A stretch of DNA of 52,431 nt, counting the filler, from Perkinsus olseni (lineage: Eukaryota), in assembly GCA_013115125.1 (NCBI GenBank). It is 2 parts of 2 records of this genome, joined end to end, with 100 filler letters (N's around TTAATTAATTAA, not from the genome) between each part and the next. Parts side by side here need not be neighbours in the genome. Positions count along the whole stretch, not along the records: positions 26,301 to 52,431 come from JABANN010000488.1; 1 more part is not named here. The stretch is one strand, 5' to 3'. The notes under the pieces are model-generated. The model had not been told where the DNA came from, made no database searches, and saw only the letters and a program-made list of their open reading frames with translations. The position numbers and the translations under genes are program-made. Positions 34,270-47,589 of the stretch are shown here, piece after piece (positions within the stretch are counted from its first letter, which is position 1; every line of letters begins with the position of its first letter).

Positions 34270-35575
34270 TCATTCACGATGTCTCTTCTTTCCATCTTTC
34301 TCAACCATTTCCTGCGATTTCTTCTGAGGCTCATCACGCTTGCGGTTCTGCGCAACGCAAAGGAAGGCCGTCCAGGGCACATTGACGAGCAGCAGCACTA
34401 GAAGCCTCAAATGCTGCGGAGTGTAGTACATGTTCACGTACCTAGATATTGAGAACACTCGTCCAGGGCGGATAAAGTGAGACGCAGTGAGATTCTGCGA
34501 GACTCTCCCACAATAAAGGCCCGTGCGAGGCCTTACTGCATCATAGGCCAGAAGCAATAATTCGCCTTGAGTGCCGGTCCTAGGTTGGACTTCACCGCTC
34601 CTATGCTCTCCGCTATTGACATGCCGCCAGCCAGTGACTGAAAAGGCAAACCTCATCCAAGCAGCTGTTCGAGGGTGACACTGCATGAGCGTGTCCCACT
34701 TGTATAAAAAAGAATGTTGATAAGAAGGTCCAACACCACAAGGTTTGGTCCACGAGGACTTTGTGAGCGGTGGTTGGAAGGTAGTCACTCCAGGACGGCA
34801 GGAGGATATCATACCAGAAGTAAGTCATTGGACCTGCGCGCAAAGACCACTCTTCCGCGGGGCGGAATCCGCGCACAAAACCCGAGAATCGCATGACTAC
34901 GAGTAGACCCTCACAGTGTTGCCGTGTAATTCCGTCAGGGGAACGGCTGGGGATGCTACTAGGTCTATGAGGTACTTAACAGTCCGAACGTGCATTTGAG
35001 TTTATATTCCAACGCCGCTGCCGACTTAGTTACATGTGCTCACTTTCTGTGGGCTTCTGCGCGGATCGACATGGAACGATAACCAGAGGGTTTGTCGAGA
35101 GGCAGACTCGGGGTTCCCTTCAGACTAACGAGCTGTTATCAGCTGTGCTCGAGGCGACCGATCATGGAAGGACGACACTCCCGCCTACCAAATACAATCA
35201 GCTGACACAAGGCCGCGCGGAAGCATCGTCTTTTGTCGATTTTCGGGGCACCTGAGAAACATAACCTTCCATGACTATCACGATAGCTGACTGAGATCAG
35301 GAGCCACTTCCAAGGCTACCTGTAATCCACTGTGCAAGGATATCAGCGATTATAATAAGAATTGGACCTTGCACGCATTGTACCTGACGAATGCAACACA
35401 TCCGTCGGGAGGAAGTCGCCAGTGGATCACGATCCATCAAGTAGAGGAATAACTCCCTCCGTGAGCGGGCGGTGAGCTTTTCTCCCTTGGGGCTTACTGT
35501 GAGTGGCATCGCCTCGCTTATCTCTCTGTATTGGTCCAAAAGGCCACCGAAACCACCATCACTGACGTTGCCCAT
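34270..35575 (-). CDS. Mpv17/PMP22 family membrane protein, multi-exon
   Basis: LLDQYREISEAMPLT | ..GPILIIIADILAQ, GPMTYFWYDILLP..HKVLVDQTLW and YVNMYYTPQHLRLLVLLLVNVPWTAFL match the family motif order. Confidence 0.8.
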
Positions 35576-35594
35576 CTCAAAATTAATGGCCAAC

Positions 35595-35890
35595 TAACGC
35601 TGGTAGAACTCTCCACATACGCCGCATACTTCCTTCTAGTGCTCTTTTTCACTCTACCAACACTGACTGCAACCCACACTACTACCACTGAACTCAACAA
35701 CAAACCTGGCCTTGGAAACAACGCGAACGCCGTGCTACTAGGCTGTTGCGTTAGATGGAGATATTCTTCTATCAAGAATCTTATAACAAATCTTCTGAGT
35801 AGTACTACTATCATTAACCGCCACAAATTATAGTACCAATCACCCCGTGTACGTTGTAGACTAGTGACTACAGAAAGATTATCGAGTTCC
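35595..35890 (-). pseudogene. Decayed remnant with Cys clusters, possibly the zinc-knuckle region of a retroelement ORF1
   Basis: Minus frame …VGCSQCW*SEKEH*KEVCGVCGEFYQR*; the five stops in this stretch are all TAG. Confidence 0.3.
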
Positions 35891-36243
35891 ATAGCGAGAA
35901 TGATTCGCTAGGACCTTCGGGCCCTTACAAAGGAAGGACGATAATTACTCGTTAACGGATATAACGATGAAGGCCCTAGTAGGGAGGAGAGGTGACCGGC
36001 CATACCGCACCATGCGGAACGACCAAAGGAACAGAGTACCTCACTGATTGGCAGGTATGAGCAATAGTGGGATGAGGAGTAGGAGGATGTAATTTACCGA
36101 GGCCAGCATTGCTGCGTTGCTGGCCGGGAGAGAGCGAGCTTCTCAGAGTTCGCCAAACTACAAGATACAGTACCAGACGGACTAGAACAGGATCGAGGAG
36201 GGCAGTAAGGATGTCTAAAAGAGCTGTGTATTATGAGACATCC

Positions 36244-36699
36244 TCAATGGCCGGAGAGGACCCTCATTGAATCAACAGTAGCAACGTCGTCGCTGGACTG
36301 TCGGGTATGTAAACTCCCGCACCCCACCAGTCGCTCGGCAGTAGCGATTAAATCTCTCAGCCTGGTCTTGTCGCCGTCCGCGTACGCGACCGCTGCTTCC
36401 TCGTAAAGCTCGCTGAGGATGGTCAAGTTACGAGCCCGACGAATGTCGGTGGCAGAGGCCTTATCCAGGCTCATATTCTGGATCATCTTAGTTGACATCT
36501 CGCCTAGTAGTCGTCGTTGCTCTTCCAACACAGAGGGGTCTTCATCGTCAAAGACCGGCAAGGGAGAGCAGTCACCGCGAGGAGGAGCGAGACCAGTCAC
36601 GCTGCTGTTGCTGCTTATGGTTGTGAGCTTACTGTGGGGCATCGGCGCCGAGAACGCACAGATGATGATAGAAGACAAAAGAAGAACACAAACTATCAA
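36244..36699 (-). CDS. Hypothetical protein with a signal-peptide-like N-terminus
   Basis: 151-codon ORF beginning IVCVLLLSSIIICAFSAP. No in-frame ATG lies before the hydrophobic segment, so this may be an internal exon. Confidence 0.4.
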   Translation of the reverse strand: MIVCVLLLSSIIICAFSAPMPHSKLTTISSNSSVTGLAPPRGDCSPLPVFDDEDPSVLEEQRRLLGEMSTKMIQNMSLDKASATDIRRARNLTILSELYEEAAVAYADGDKTRLRDLIATAERLVGCGSLHTRQSSDDVATVDSMRVLSGH

Positions 36700-37899
36700 G
36701 GTTCTCTCTGATGGAACTTCCCGGATGACTCGTAGGACGGTGGCTCCTGCATCAGAGGCACGTCACCGATGTTGTTAACCACTCAATGTAAGGACTCGGA
36801 ATGTTACGGGGCTCAGGTTCTGTTCAAACCTACGTTACACCTTTCGATAAGAGACTAACCAACGATTATAGACTAGTGAAAATTACCGTACCCGTTAATA
36901 TTTCACCTGAACGATTTAACTCAAAACGCTCAGATTTGAACTCCGAAGGTCAGCCTGAATGAGGTTGTGAGAGTTCCTCTAATCGTCAACTACTACAAGG
37001 AGGACAGATGTCCCCCGTCTGGAGAGTACCCACGCCCAGGGATCAATCCAGGCTTTCGGAAGTTTACGCCTCGGATAATAGTTAATCAGGTTTCATGGAA
37101 CGCCAAATTCACCCATTACACAGTGAAACTTTTACTTCCTGGCCTCGATTCATACGCCTGAGGCGTACATTTATTCGCCTAGATTGTGGGCCACACCGCC
37201 CGCACAATCTACACTAGAATTTCTGTCTACGCTCAGACCACAATCGGGTGTCTACACAAATTAAAGAAACTCTGCACGGACCCAAGCAGGATTTCTGCCG
37301 CTCGCCGAGATTCTAGCCGGGGACGTGCGCATAGTTCCTATGGAATCGTACCGCTGTGAGTCGAGTAAAGCGTTTATGAACATGAAAGTGAGTTGCATCT
37401 GAGCACTGTAGGACTGTTTTCAGGTACCGCTCATAACCCGCACTGGCCACGATTGTAACGTGATTGGCATCACTTTATGTTGATGATAGGGGAATTCTGG
37501 GTCGCCACCCGGAAGTCTAGATGTTGTCAACCTACACGGAACCTTGATAGAGGAAGAGAATACTTGGGAAGAGCCTAGGCATGCTATAGCCGTGTGATAC
37601 AAGTTAACCAGTAGCCAGGTGAGGTTTGAATAAATCTTTGAGTGTAGATAGAAATTTGTGGCAGATCTAGGATTTGTGGAAGCTCTGAAGAAGAGGGAAG
37701 GTCACCATTGTAACCAGGGATATGTCGAGTACTCTATAGAGTAATGAGGTCTATTGAGTACTACTAGACAATAGACCTCTATTGGGACCTAGGAGCGGTC
37801 CAAGGATGGCTTCGCACTTGGCTGGTCAAGTTCATTGCTCACGAAGCTGGGGAGCGCTGCATTGAGCACCCTCGTATTTTTTTGAACCGAGCACGCCGG

Positions 37900-40830
37900 A
37901 AATTGTCATGAAAAGCAGTGGCTTCGAGTTTGGACGCTTTGCGGGCTTTGTCTGAGGAGCTTTGCATCACGTGAAGCGCCTCTATACCCCAGGGCCTGCT
38001 GAGGTACTGCCCGTCTCACAATCTTCGAGGAATTTTGATTGCTGACGAATCTTTAGTTCTGAGTGAGGTTCGCAGCGACCCGCGTTGCCTCATGTCCATC
38101 CTGGCTCAGCAGTTGTCAAGCAAAATCGTGGCACCCAAGAAGCAGTTGGCGGTAACTTGCCCTGGATAAAGAGTTACCCATAGTATTCGTTACGCATGCT
38201 GCCCCTTTCACTGGGCTCTCAGCGGCATTGTGAGACGAGGAAACGGGAGGGTGTTGTGGTAGTAGAGTTGGGGCACCTACATCGTCAGTTCAACCTGGTC
38301 TGAGCCTTTGCATGAAACTTTTTCACCGGTCATTGAGTGGTATTGAGTTGCTGAGTTAGTGATGGAGGGTGATTCTGAGGATGGAGATGGGTTATCTCTA
38401 GGAGCCCATCGTACGAAGGTAAATTGTTCCGGTATCGGCTCACTGGTCATGCAGAGCAGCCAGGGTACTTCTTGAGCTGAGAGTGATGGCAAGAAGAGAG
38501 GGTGGTGGGAATGACGAGTTTACCATGGTCCAACCGACACGGGGCTTCGGGGGGAACTGGTCAGGGCTCGTAGTGATCGACGATCGCCTGTCCTCGGGTG
38601 GATCTCATTGGACTCTAAAGGATGTCCGATTTTGATGTCATCGAGTGCGTTCGATTGGAGATGGCACGGTTAGAGGACGACCCCGCAATGATAGGTATTG
38701 CACAGGACAACTGTTCCGATGAGCGTCAGCAGCTGCTGTCGCTGATCTCAGAATCCCTGCTGGAGGGCATACTCACTCTGCCGGCCTCCCTCATGGCGCC
38801 CATCTCCTATACGATAAGAGAGTAATACTGAGAGGAAGGGTGGGCTACTGCTGTGGGGGATTTCCCTCACCCTGTCCACGTTACCACGAGAATGGTTCTC
38901 GTCCACGTCACATTCCGCGGTTCTTCTACCATCGACTCATCGTAGAGCGTTGGCTCCCCTCGATGATCAGGTATTGTCGCAGCACCATAAGTGGTTATGA
39001 GAGCAACTCCTTGGGCTGTCTCAAGTTGGTGAAGGCCCTTTATGAGCATCCCCAAGCTGCTGTGGGAGATGTGGTTCAACCTAAAGGTAATATGGACTCA
39101 CCGACTAAAAGCTTGGATTCTGTATGATGCCATTCGCAATCGTACGCGGAATATCGGACCGGTCCCCCCCCCACATGGCCCAACAGGAAGCCACGTGTGC
39201 CTCTCTAGCGATTTTGCTGTCTGAGGTTCTGTGGATTCGTCGTCTCTAAAATAGTCGTGAGATGGATGTGATGAAGGCACCTTCCCATCTCAGGTGCTTC
39301 GGGCGCTACTCTGCTGCCGCAGAATAAAGTCCCTTCGCTTAGGGAGTGCCTGATAGACATCCTAGAGGACTGCATAGTAGGGGTGTATCATAACGCTAGG
39401 GTAAAATACCCCTCGCGGGTATCGAACTCGGGACCTGTGCTCCCTCAGACTCCCGATATCGCACAGAATATCTACCTTCTGATATGCTGGTGGAGGGACT
39501 CCCAAGCCTTCGGGGACGAGACCCCTCTCATCGAGGGCGCCATCCGTAACCTTTCCTCCCTCTACATCCACGCTCACTGTAGAATCGCAGATACGATGAG
39601 CGCACTGCGAAGATGCGCCCCATCTGCAGCGCTGGTCTCGGAGTCCTGCGCCCTCGAGTCCGCCCTAGGCTATGTTCTCTCGGTAACTCATAGCTCCTGT
39701 CGGCGTTCCCCCATCACCGTGCTCAGGATGAGGCATCAGCAGTAGTGGCCCCTGTCGCGGAGCTGCGCAAGGCGGACGGTGATATGGACGCCCTTATGGT
39801 GGCCTTGGAGACCTTCGTGAGGAATGGTAAGCCTCAGTGGGTGCTGGCTCATGTGCGTGATTATTGTTGTGTAACGCTCAGGGTCCACACCGGACCAGAT
39901 CGCAGAAGGCATAACAGCTGAGCAGCTTGAGAAGCTCTGCAGAGCTCATGTGAGTGCAGAGCTGGGACGCGGATCCAACGCGGAGTTCCTCTTCAAAATA
40001 CCGGATACTCTCCGCTCATCTCCTGCTACAGTTTTGCTCCTTCCTCGTCTCTGAGAGCCCGTCCGGCGCTGGCACAGGTCTGGATGCGGACTTATCCGTA
40101 ACGTCAGCGGGCGTTTAGGACTCTCAGACTCAGACAGAGATTATTAGAATTTGCCTCGGAAAAATTCACACTGCTTTCGAGTGCGTCTCAAAGCATGTGT
40201 ATAAGCAGCTTTTCGGCTGCGATTTCGGCATGGGGTGATGGGCTACAAGTGAAAGACAACTACAGCCTATCGCTGTGGAGGGCACTACGGTCGTGGGACC
40301 GTCCACCCAGCGCCATGTGTGCTCGGGTGAAGCGATGCCTCCTAGGGTGGTGAATTATACTATCGTCGTGATAGTCAGTCAGTTGCGCGGAAATTGAAAA
40401 CTGCTATGATCCGCCCACTGGCCGTGCGCGGACCGTAGGTGTCCATTAGGCGTTGCTCCCATCCCGATTCCGCGGATGGTTTGGTCAATGTCGATACCCG
40501 ACATTGGAGCCTGCCTCGGGCACGCTTAGTGGGGGTGCAACCAACCATAACGATGCCTTCAGTCTTCAGACGGGGGAGGAAGACTTCACATGAAGCAGCT
40601 GCAAAAACCGCTACTATGAAACTCAGTCTGCCGCGGGAAGCGTCCTCGAGTAGATCTGTGGCAACTCACAGGGCCACGAGTTGCTCTCTGGCGCCGAGTT
40701 GTCCACATCCAGTGCTCGGTGCCTAGGCTCCATCACCTTTCCGCTTCAGATGAGCATTACTGAACTACTCGCAGCTCTGGACGCCCGCCACAAGGCTTTG
40801 ACGGAAAATTGTCAGGCACTGAAGCTGCAA
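37900..40830 (+). CDS. Hypothetical multi-exon, largely helical protein(s)
   Basis: Exon-like segments with GT/AG bounds: MSILAQQLSSKIVAPKKQLA, VLRALLCCRRIKSLRLGS, DIAQNIYLLICWWRDSQAFGDETPLIEGAI, ELRKADGDMDALMVALETFVRN and MSITELLAALDARHKALTENCQALKLQ. No family recognised. Confidence 0.4.
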
Positions 40831-41725
40831 GTAATGACGCTGCCGTTGGCGCTCTTTCTAGGGGCCTCTGGTAGGTAAACTTTGTCGATGATTTCTTGCG
40901 GATGAAGATGGACGACTTAGCATCTCCGACGGCTTCAGAAGAGACGACTGTGGATAGCTGACACGATCTTTCTGCAACCGCTGCTGTGTTGAATTAATTA
41001 TGGGTTCATTATTTTCGTTACACTGCTGTAGAGTAGCAGACACCTGAAGACCGAAAACGGTCGTGCAGGGGCACCTCTTACACTAGACTAAGTTGGGGGC
41101 TGGAACTCTTGTGGTGGGTACCTGATACGTAGTACGTATTACGTACATAGGCTGGCAGGTTGATGGGCCCGTTGCCCTCGAGAACGGTGGCTAAATTGTC
41201 GGAAAGGACCCCCGTAGAAGCTACTCAAGACTCATGAGCGAGGCCGAATACCACCATAAGAGAGGTCTTCCTCTGCCCTAAAATTTAGAACCTAAATAGT
41301 GCTGGGTTTGATCGTAAAAGCCGAACCATCAGTGCGGCCCTAAGGGCATTTCGAACTTCAACGATTTGGTCGAAGCCTTAGAGCAGGAAGACGTGATGAC
41401 TAATTCATGTATTTCTCGTTATTAAGGAACGTTTCAATACCGTTGCTCGATATCTTCTCCATGACGCCTCGCGTTGGTGTGTCCACGGGGTGTGGGTCGC
41501 TTACTCTCGCAGAGCCGTGGTTTCGTTCGCAGTAGGAGGAAGTCTCCTCCTGCCTCCCGTTCAACGAAGTAATTCTGAGGCTGAGAATCGATTCTGGACG
41601 TGATTGTTACCCGTTAATTTCGGGTTCACCATCGACTGAGCTTCAGAATTGATTCGTTGAACATCTCTCGAGAGCAGAGAAATGTAATTCGGTCAGTTAT
41701 TGACTACGCTCGCCCTTCGGTAGCA

Positions 41726-44700
41726 ATGGACGTGAGTACTGCTGCCGATACTGCTGACTTGGCCTTCAATGCCGAGACAACGCTCAAGGGGGACACTTTC
41801 GGTAAGGAGGGTGGAAGAGATGCCACCGACAGCGCAGTGATGACGCTTTTGTGTTGAATATTTCCGCCGAGTATGCTGGGAGCAGGTGGTAGCTTTTGAT
41901 GCTTCTCAGACCACTTCGACGAGGCGGAAGATGAAGTTGAGAAGAAGTCCCGGGACGCGGTAATGCTCGATCGCACGAGGCGAATCTTCTCCATGCGCCG
42001 CACACTTCCTCGTGAAAGAACGAGGGGAGTCGCTAGAGGCCATGTAACTGCTGTTTCTGGACTAGAAGCAGCCGTCCCGGCCCGACTGGAACCACGCCCG
42101 TCCCTTCCGCTCATCTTCCCTCCGTCGCTGTAGGTCATCTTCCTCCTGGACGTTTCCAATGTGGAGGCGCTGTTCACTCCTGAGACGCCCCCGGCAGGGA
42201 CAGACGGACAGCAGCAGGGCCTGGATGGCGGCGGAGGAGAGGGCAGCAGCAGGGCGATGAGACGGCCGTGCATCAACAACATTCTGAATACGGTGGCGAG
42301 TCTTATGAGGTCCAAGATCATCGGGAGGCCGGAGGATATGACCGGTCTGGTGGGAGCTCGGCAGTCCCCCTCTAGTGGTAGGGGTGCTCCTGTAGATACT
42401 CTACAACACCACAGGCGCTGACTCCAACCCGATGGAGCTGGCAGGGGTCACTGTAGGCCAGAGCCTCACCCCCTTCCCTCTAGAGTTTGCTGTGCTAGGT
42501 CGTCCAAGATCTGCAACAGCCGACCGCTTCGAGGATCCGAGACATCCTAGATGTGTCCTCAACTCTGGACAGAGCTGTAAGGTCTCAGTCCCTCATCGTT
42601 CTTGGGATCCCATCCCCCTAGGAGTTCGACCGGAGGTGGAGGAAGGGCCCTCCGACTATATCATGCGCGTTCGCTCTCCACAACGCTTTGTGGGTCGCCA
42701 GTGAGTCCTGGGGTCTGCGGTCTTTCGGGAAGGGAGGCTCTTGTAGGTAACATTTTCCAAAGCAACGCAGCTAAGAAAAACATAGGCCGCCGAGTATACA
42801 TCATCACCAATGATGACAATCCCACCGGCAGTCCGCAGGAGAGGAAAGCTGCGGAAATGAAGGCCCTCGACGTCGGGGAGAACGGTAGAGGCGTGGGGCT
42901 GGAGGGAGGCTCCTCGGCCACGTTGGTAGCAGATACCGATATTGACCTCGCAGTGCTCGGCATCAACTGCTCTGAGGCGGCCCAGCAGTTCGACGTCATG
43001 AAGGTAGTGCTTTCCTGTGGATAATGCGAGTAGGGGGAGGAGCGGTAGGCGGCGTTAAATACTAGGGCCGGGATGATTCTCAAATGGCTGCTCATGCTAG
43101 CGTATATTCTTACCATTAGCACCCTTCAGGGCGCAACTAATTCTTCGAGAATCGGTTTCTCTGAGAGTTTCTTGCACGATAGTTGTGGACTAAAATTTTG
43201 GTCAGTTCTGGGCCAACGTTATACCCCCAGCCGAGGAGATCGAGGAGTCTCATGATCCGAAGAAGTGAGCCCTTGATGATGACGACGGCGATGGTGGTGA
43301 CTCCTGCCCGGCTATTGCCGGCTTCTCAGATTTCTAGAGAACACTCGAGGCATCATGGAGGACTTGGCTACTGTTATACGACGGAAGGAGTAAGAAGCTC
43401 AGGAGGGCCTGCTGTTGTCACTGGACTGAAACTGTCAGGTATAAGGTGAGGTCCCTTAATCGATGCAATCTCACCTTCGCCGGTGCCCCCGACTATGTCG
43501 CTGCGGTACAAGTGTATTGCCACGTCAAGGAGGCTATCAAACCACATCCGGTGAGTGCGTCGCTCCGCCTGTTGCTGCTGCAGCGGTGGCGGCGCTTGCT
43601 CCGGATTACATTCAGGATGGGCTGCTGCTGCTGTCTTGGAGGCGGAAAGTTGGTGAAAATACGGTAGAGTAGAGTTTCTCAGGTGTATCTTCACCCGGAC
43701 AACCAGAAGCTCCTGAGAAGTGAGACTCGCTACATCAACATGGACACTGGGGCGATACTGGACAGGGACACAGAGGTGACTCTGCCACACGGCGACTGCG
43801 ACTACCTGAGCGAAGGCTCCTGATGCTGCTTGGCTAGGTTCGTTCGTATGTGGATTTTGGTGGAGAGCACGTACCGATCACTTACGGAGACATCGCCAAG
43901 ATGAAGACGTGAGCTCCCCGATGCTGGCGGCTCCGGGACTATCCTCCTTCAGGTTCGACGCCGACGAGAACGACCGGGGCAGAGAGAATACTCAAGTACC
44001 TGCAGCTGGCAACGGGGAGGCCGGTGAGGGTGAGGAAGGAGAAGTCGAGGAGACCATCAGCGGGTCGCTGGAGATAATAGGCTTCAAGAATCGGAGGAAG
44101 GTGCCTCAACACTTCCCACCTCCCTGCGTTCCGGTCGTCACCGTCATGTATTCTATTCTCAGTTGAAGTTCCAACACCGTATCGGGCATGGGTACTTCAT
44201 ATACCCTCATGAAGGAAGGATTACGGGTTCCAAACGATTGGTAAGCGCATCGGCGTTGCTGATGCAGTGACTTCGTTTCAGGTGGAGGCCCTCTGTTGCC
44301 GCATGGCCAAGCTTGGCAAGATCGCTCTAGTGAGGTAAGGCCTAGTGGGCTCCTGCAGTCTGTGAAGCCTTCGCCTGCGTCAGGTTCGTCGCACGGGCCA
44401 ACGCTCAGCCGATCTTCGCCGCTCTTTCTCCGCAAATGCCCGATGAAGCGTCTCAGACGTCAGGAGGGCTTGTGAGTTGCCCATTCACAGCAGACAAGCG
44501 GCCGACGATCCTCTTCTCCTGCTGCAGGTGCTCATCCCTCTGCCCTTCGCTGATGATATAAGGTCTCTTGATTTACCGGGTGAGGTGACCATCGCAGGTT
44601 ACTCAATCATCGCTGTCATCCGTCAGGAACGTGCGTGGACGAAGTGATCTCGCAAGATGAACAGAGACCGCAGGTAGGCTGCTGCCTCATTGGGAGTTGT

Positions 44701-45290
44701 GCTGATGATGTATCTTAGGTGGAAGCAGCAAAGTCGATAATCAGAGGCTTTAGGATCAGCCATTGGTCGCCCTACTCAATCGACAACCCCACCCTCAAGC
44801 TGTTCTATGCCGGGGTAGGCCGCACGTAGAAAATGTGTGCGTTTACCATCCATTTAGCTCGAAGCCCTGGCTTTGAACGAGGATCTCCCTAGCGATGCCG
44901 TAGAGGATCTGCTCCTTGCAAACGAGCGTAAGGGGGAGCTGGCCAAGGGCCATGTTGAAGCGTGGAAGCAGAGCTTGGGAGTTGATGGTAACCCCCGCCA
45001 TCCAAATCCCCAGCCACCTTACCTCGATCATCTTCAGATCTCTCATCGCCCCCGGCGAAGCGCTCGCGTACTGCTGAACCCTTTACCATGGGCCTCGACG
45101 TTGTACGAGCGAAGGTTCGCGATGGCACGGTGAGCTCTCGGGGTTTGGTCGCTTCTACTGCGTTCTCATTATGGTTTTTCAGCTTGCCCGTCTGACTGTG
45201 TCACAATTGAAAGATATCCTCCGAGCTCAGCGTCAGAGTACGAATGGGAAGAAGCAGGAGCTAATTGATCGCATTTGCAGTATTGTTTAA
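41726..45290 (+). CDS. KU70: Ku70 (NHEJ DNA end-binding subunit): vWA domain, beta-barrel, C-terminal SAP domain
   Basis: Spliced SRDA|VIFLLDVS, LMRSKIIGRPEDMTGLV, ALHNALWVA, RRVYIITNDDNP, GSLEIIGFK, YFIYPHEGRITGS, LIPLPFADDIR, IDNPTLKLFY and SAP LTVSQLKDILRAQRQSTNGKKQELIDRI…V*. Confidence 0.92.
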
Positions 45291-45722
45291 CAACTGATGA
45301 GAGTTTCTTTCCTTCCGGTCTGTCGTGTTACGTCAGTGGCGCGGCCCATAGTTCAACCCGCTCTAGCCGTGCTGTTTTACACGGCCATGCCGGCCAGTGA
45401 ACACTTCAGGCTGATGATTCACAAGCCAAACCGTGATCATCGAAACAAAAGACTGAAGCGATACACCCTGACTACGCCCGTAGAACACCCTGATAGACGC
45501 TGCTTGGTTACCGACTCGGTCACCGGCTCGGTAATACCGAGCCGCCCGGTGTGTGAATGATTCAAAATCGGTGTGAGTTATGTGAGGAGCGTAGCGCTGC
45601 GGTGACGAATGCGAATTTGTCTGATCTCCTTGCGAACTCGGAAACTCAAAACGGAAGCGTTAACTTGGGGCATATCAGGATTTATTCATAGGCAGCCAAC
45701 ACAATCAAAGGATGTTTCTCAC

Positions 45723-47316
45723 TTACGCGATGTCTATTTGAATGTAACCGTTGACCTCTTTCGTCCATCTTTTGTCGGACACTTTGGGATAAACCACCGA
45801 TTTGTTAGCGACCCAGTTGAAGATGGGGAAAACGCTCTCCTCAGGGAACGAAGGAGGCCCCTGTTGGAGGAAACTCGCAGCTGATTTCCCGAAAGCCATG
45901 ATTTGCTCTATGCAAAGATCTTCCAAGTCGCTCTTGCTGGGTCTCCTGGTGGAGGTGCGAGGAAACTTCTTTGATGCGGCTACCATCTTCCGGAATCTAG
46001 ACATGTCGAATTGGGGAGTGAATGATCTGAAAACCAAGACTTACTTTGGAGCCAGAATGGCAACGAGAGCGACGATTTCCAGGAGCCTCGGAAGGTGTAC
46101 GGCACATCGACCTTAACCCTCAGTGGCGCTGCTAAGAACCATTTTTGCACCCAGAACGTGGGCTCGGATGGATCAAAGGTGCGAAATCATTTTACTCAAC
46201 ACCTTCTACTGTATGCCTCCCTGTGTATCCGCGAGTTACAGTCGGACAAGATAGGATATCATAAACGCGGTAGGGCCGCTCTACTAGAGCGATTACTTAT
46301 AATAAACCTCCGCAGTGAGCATGCTGATTTCGAGTCCAAGAGTCGAATCTATCATGTCTAGAGTGAGCTGGAAAGTCGCCACTGGTATCTGATTGTGTGG
46401 TTGTACAAGAATCTTGATAGTTAGCTCGCGGAACTATCATATGGTAGAACTTTTCCGAGGTCGTACCACTTCCCAGATATCTTCCTGATGCCTAGCAGTT
46501 ACTTCCGTCTTCCATTTACATGTATGCCACTTGTTTCTGAGGAAGCTCTTCTTATCAAAGTCCAGTTTCCTGAGGATCCGAAACTTTCGCCCTTCACGCA
46601 AACAGCCACTCTGTCCCTTGTGTGCCTCCTTCCTCACTTCGTTTTCGGGTTCCATTCCGTGTTTGCCATCATCTCTCTATCAACGATAATATGAACGGTA
46701 CTGTAAGGCGAGAGCCTGGAATTCAAATGATGCGCGGTGTAACTGCAGATGTCGTCCTCGATATCCATTCACCTTGGGCGGATGAAGTCCGTCATGTCGG
46801 TCAACTTCCCGCGCCCCTTGTCTGTGTCCACGACATCGAATCCAAACCATATCTAAAGTTCGATCTTGGTAGTCTGCTTGTGAGCACGCTGCGTCCCGCT
46901 GCGTCGACTCGACGAAAGGCGCAGGTACTCACTTCGGCGTGGTCACCATTATCTAGTTTCCCAACAACATGCGTACTGCAACGCCGCAGAACCTAAGAGC
47001 GAACTAACGAGCCAGCCAGCTACACGAGTGGAAGCTCCGTTGTAGCTGTGTACTGACCATCAGTTCCGTTTCCTGTGGTTTCAACTGTGACTGCTCCTGG
47101 AAGCAGCCAAGGCCGGCATCGCTGATGCCGCATCAAAATTGCCCTCACCTTTTCATCCGAGCAGTCCCTGAATTCACTGAAAGTCATGAATTCTCGGTCT
47201 AGGGTTGGTGTCTCGAGGCCATCTCGAGTGGCCACTGTGGCCTGGGTTGGGGCTAGGCAACAGGAGAGGAGAATGACCACAGCGTTTGAGGCGCGGCTAG
47301 GGAAGGGCAAGATCAT
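45723..47316 (-). pseudogene. Unknown secreted-protein family, copy 1, disrupted
   Basis: Signal-peptide exon ending FSEFRDCSDEK|gt, WFGFDVVDTDKGRGKLTD exon, a later exon with an in-frame TGA and frameshift, and a downstream FDMSRFRKMVAASK domain (45723-46037). Confidence 0.65.
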
Positions 47317-47589
47317 ACTCTATGGTTTGGAGTAAAGTAACTCTGTCAATTCAGAACTTCCCGGGATTCATACAAGGGCACTCCTGTGGCAGTCGCTCGT
47401 GATAATAGGATTCGCTTGGTCAACTAAACTTGGACACCCTGTCGCCCGTCATCAAATCTCTTGCCGTCTCCTTGAATACGGGCGGAATCATGTTCGGTTG
47501 CTCGAAGGCGAGCGAGAGGACTCAGCGTGAGAACGGAACTCCCCGCTCGATTCCCCGCCCACCGGGTGGGCCCCACCCGAAGACCTGGG

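Noticed and set aside
37035-37060. Degenerate T-arm-like cctggattgatccctgggcg on the minus strand
   Set aside because: Lacks the TTC core and is too degenerate to count.
41704-43122. Long minus-strand ORFs of 205 and 153 aa
   Set aside because: Antisense shadows of Ku70 exons.
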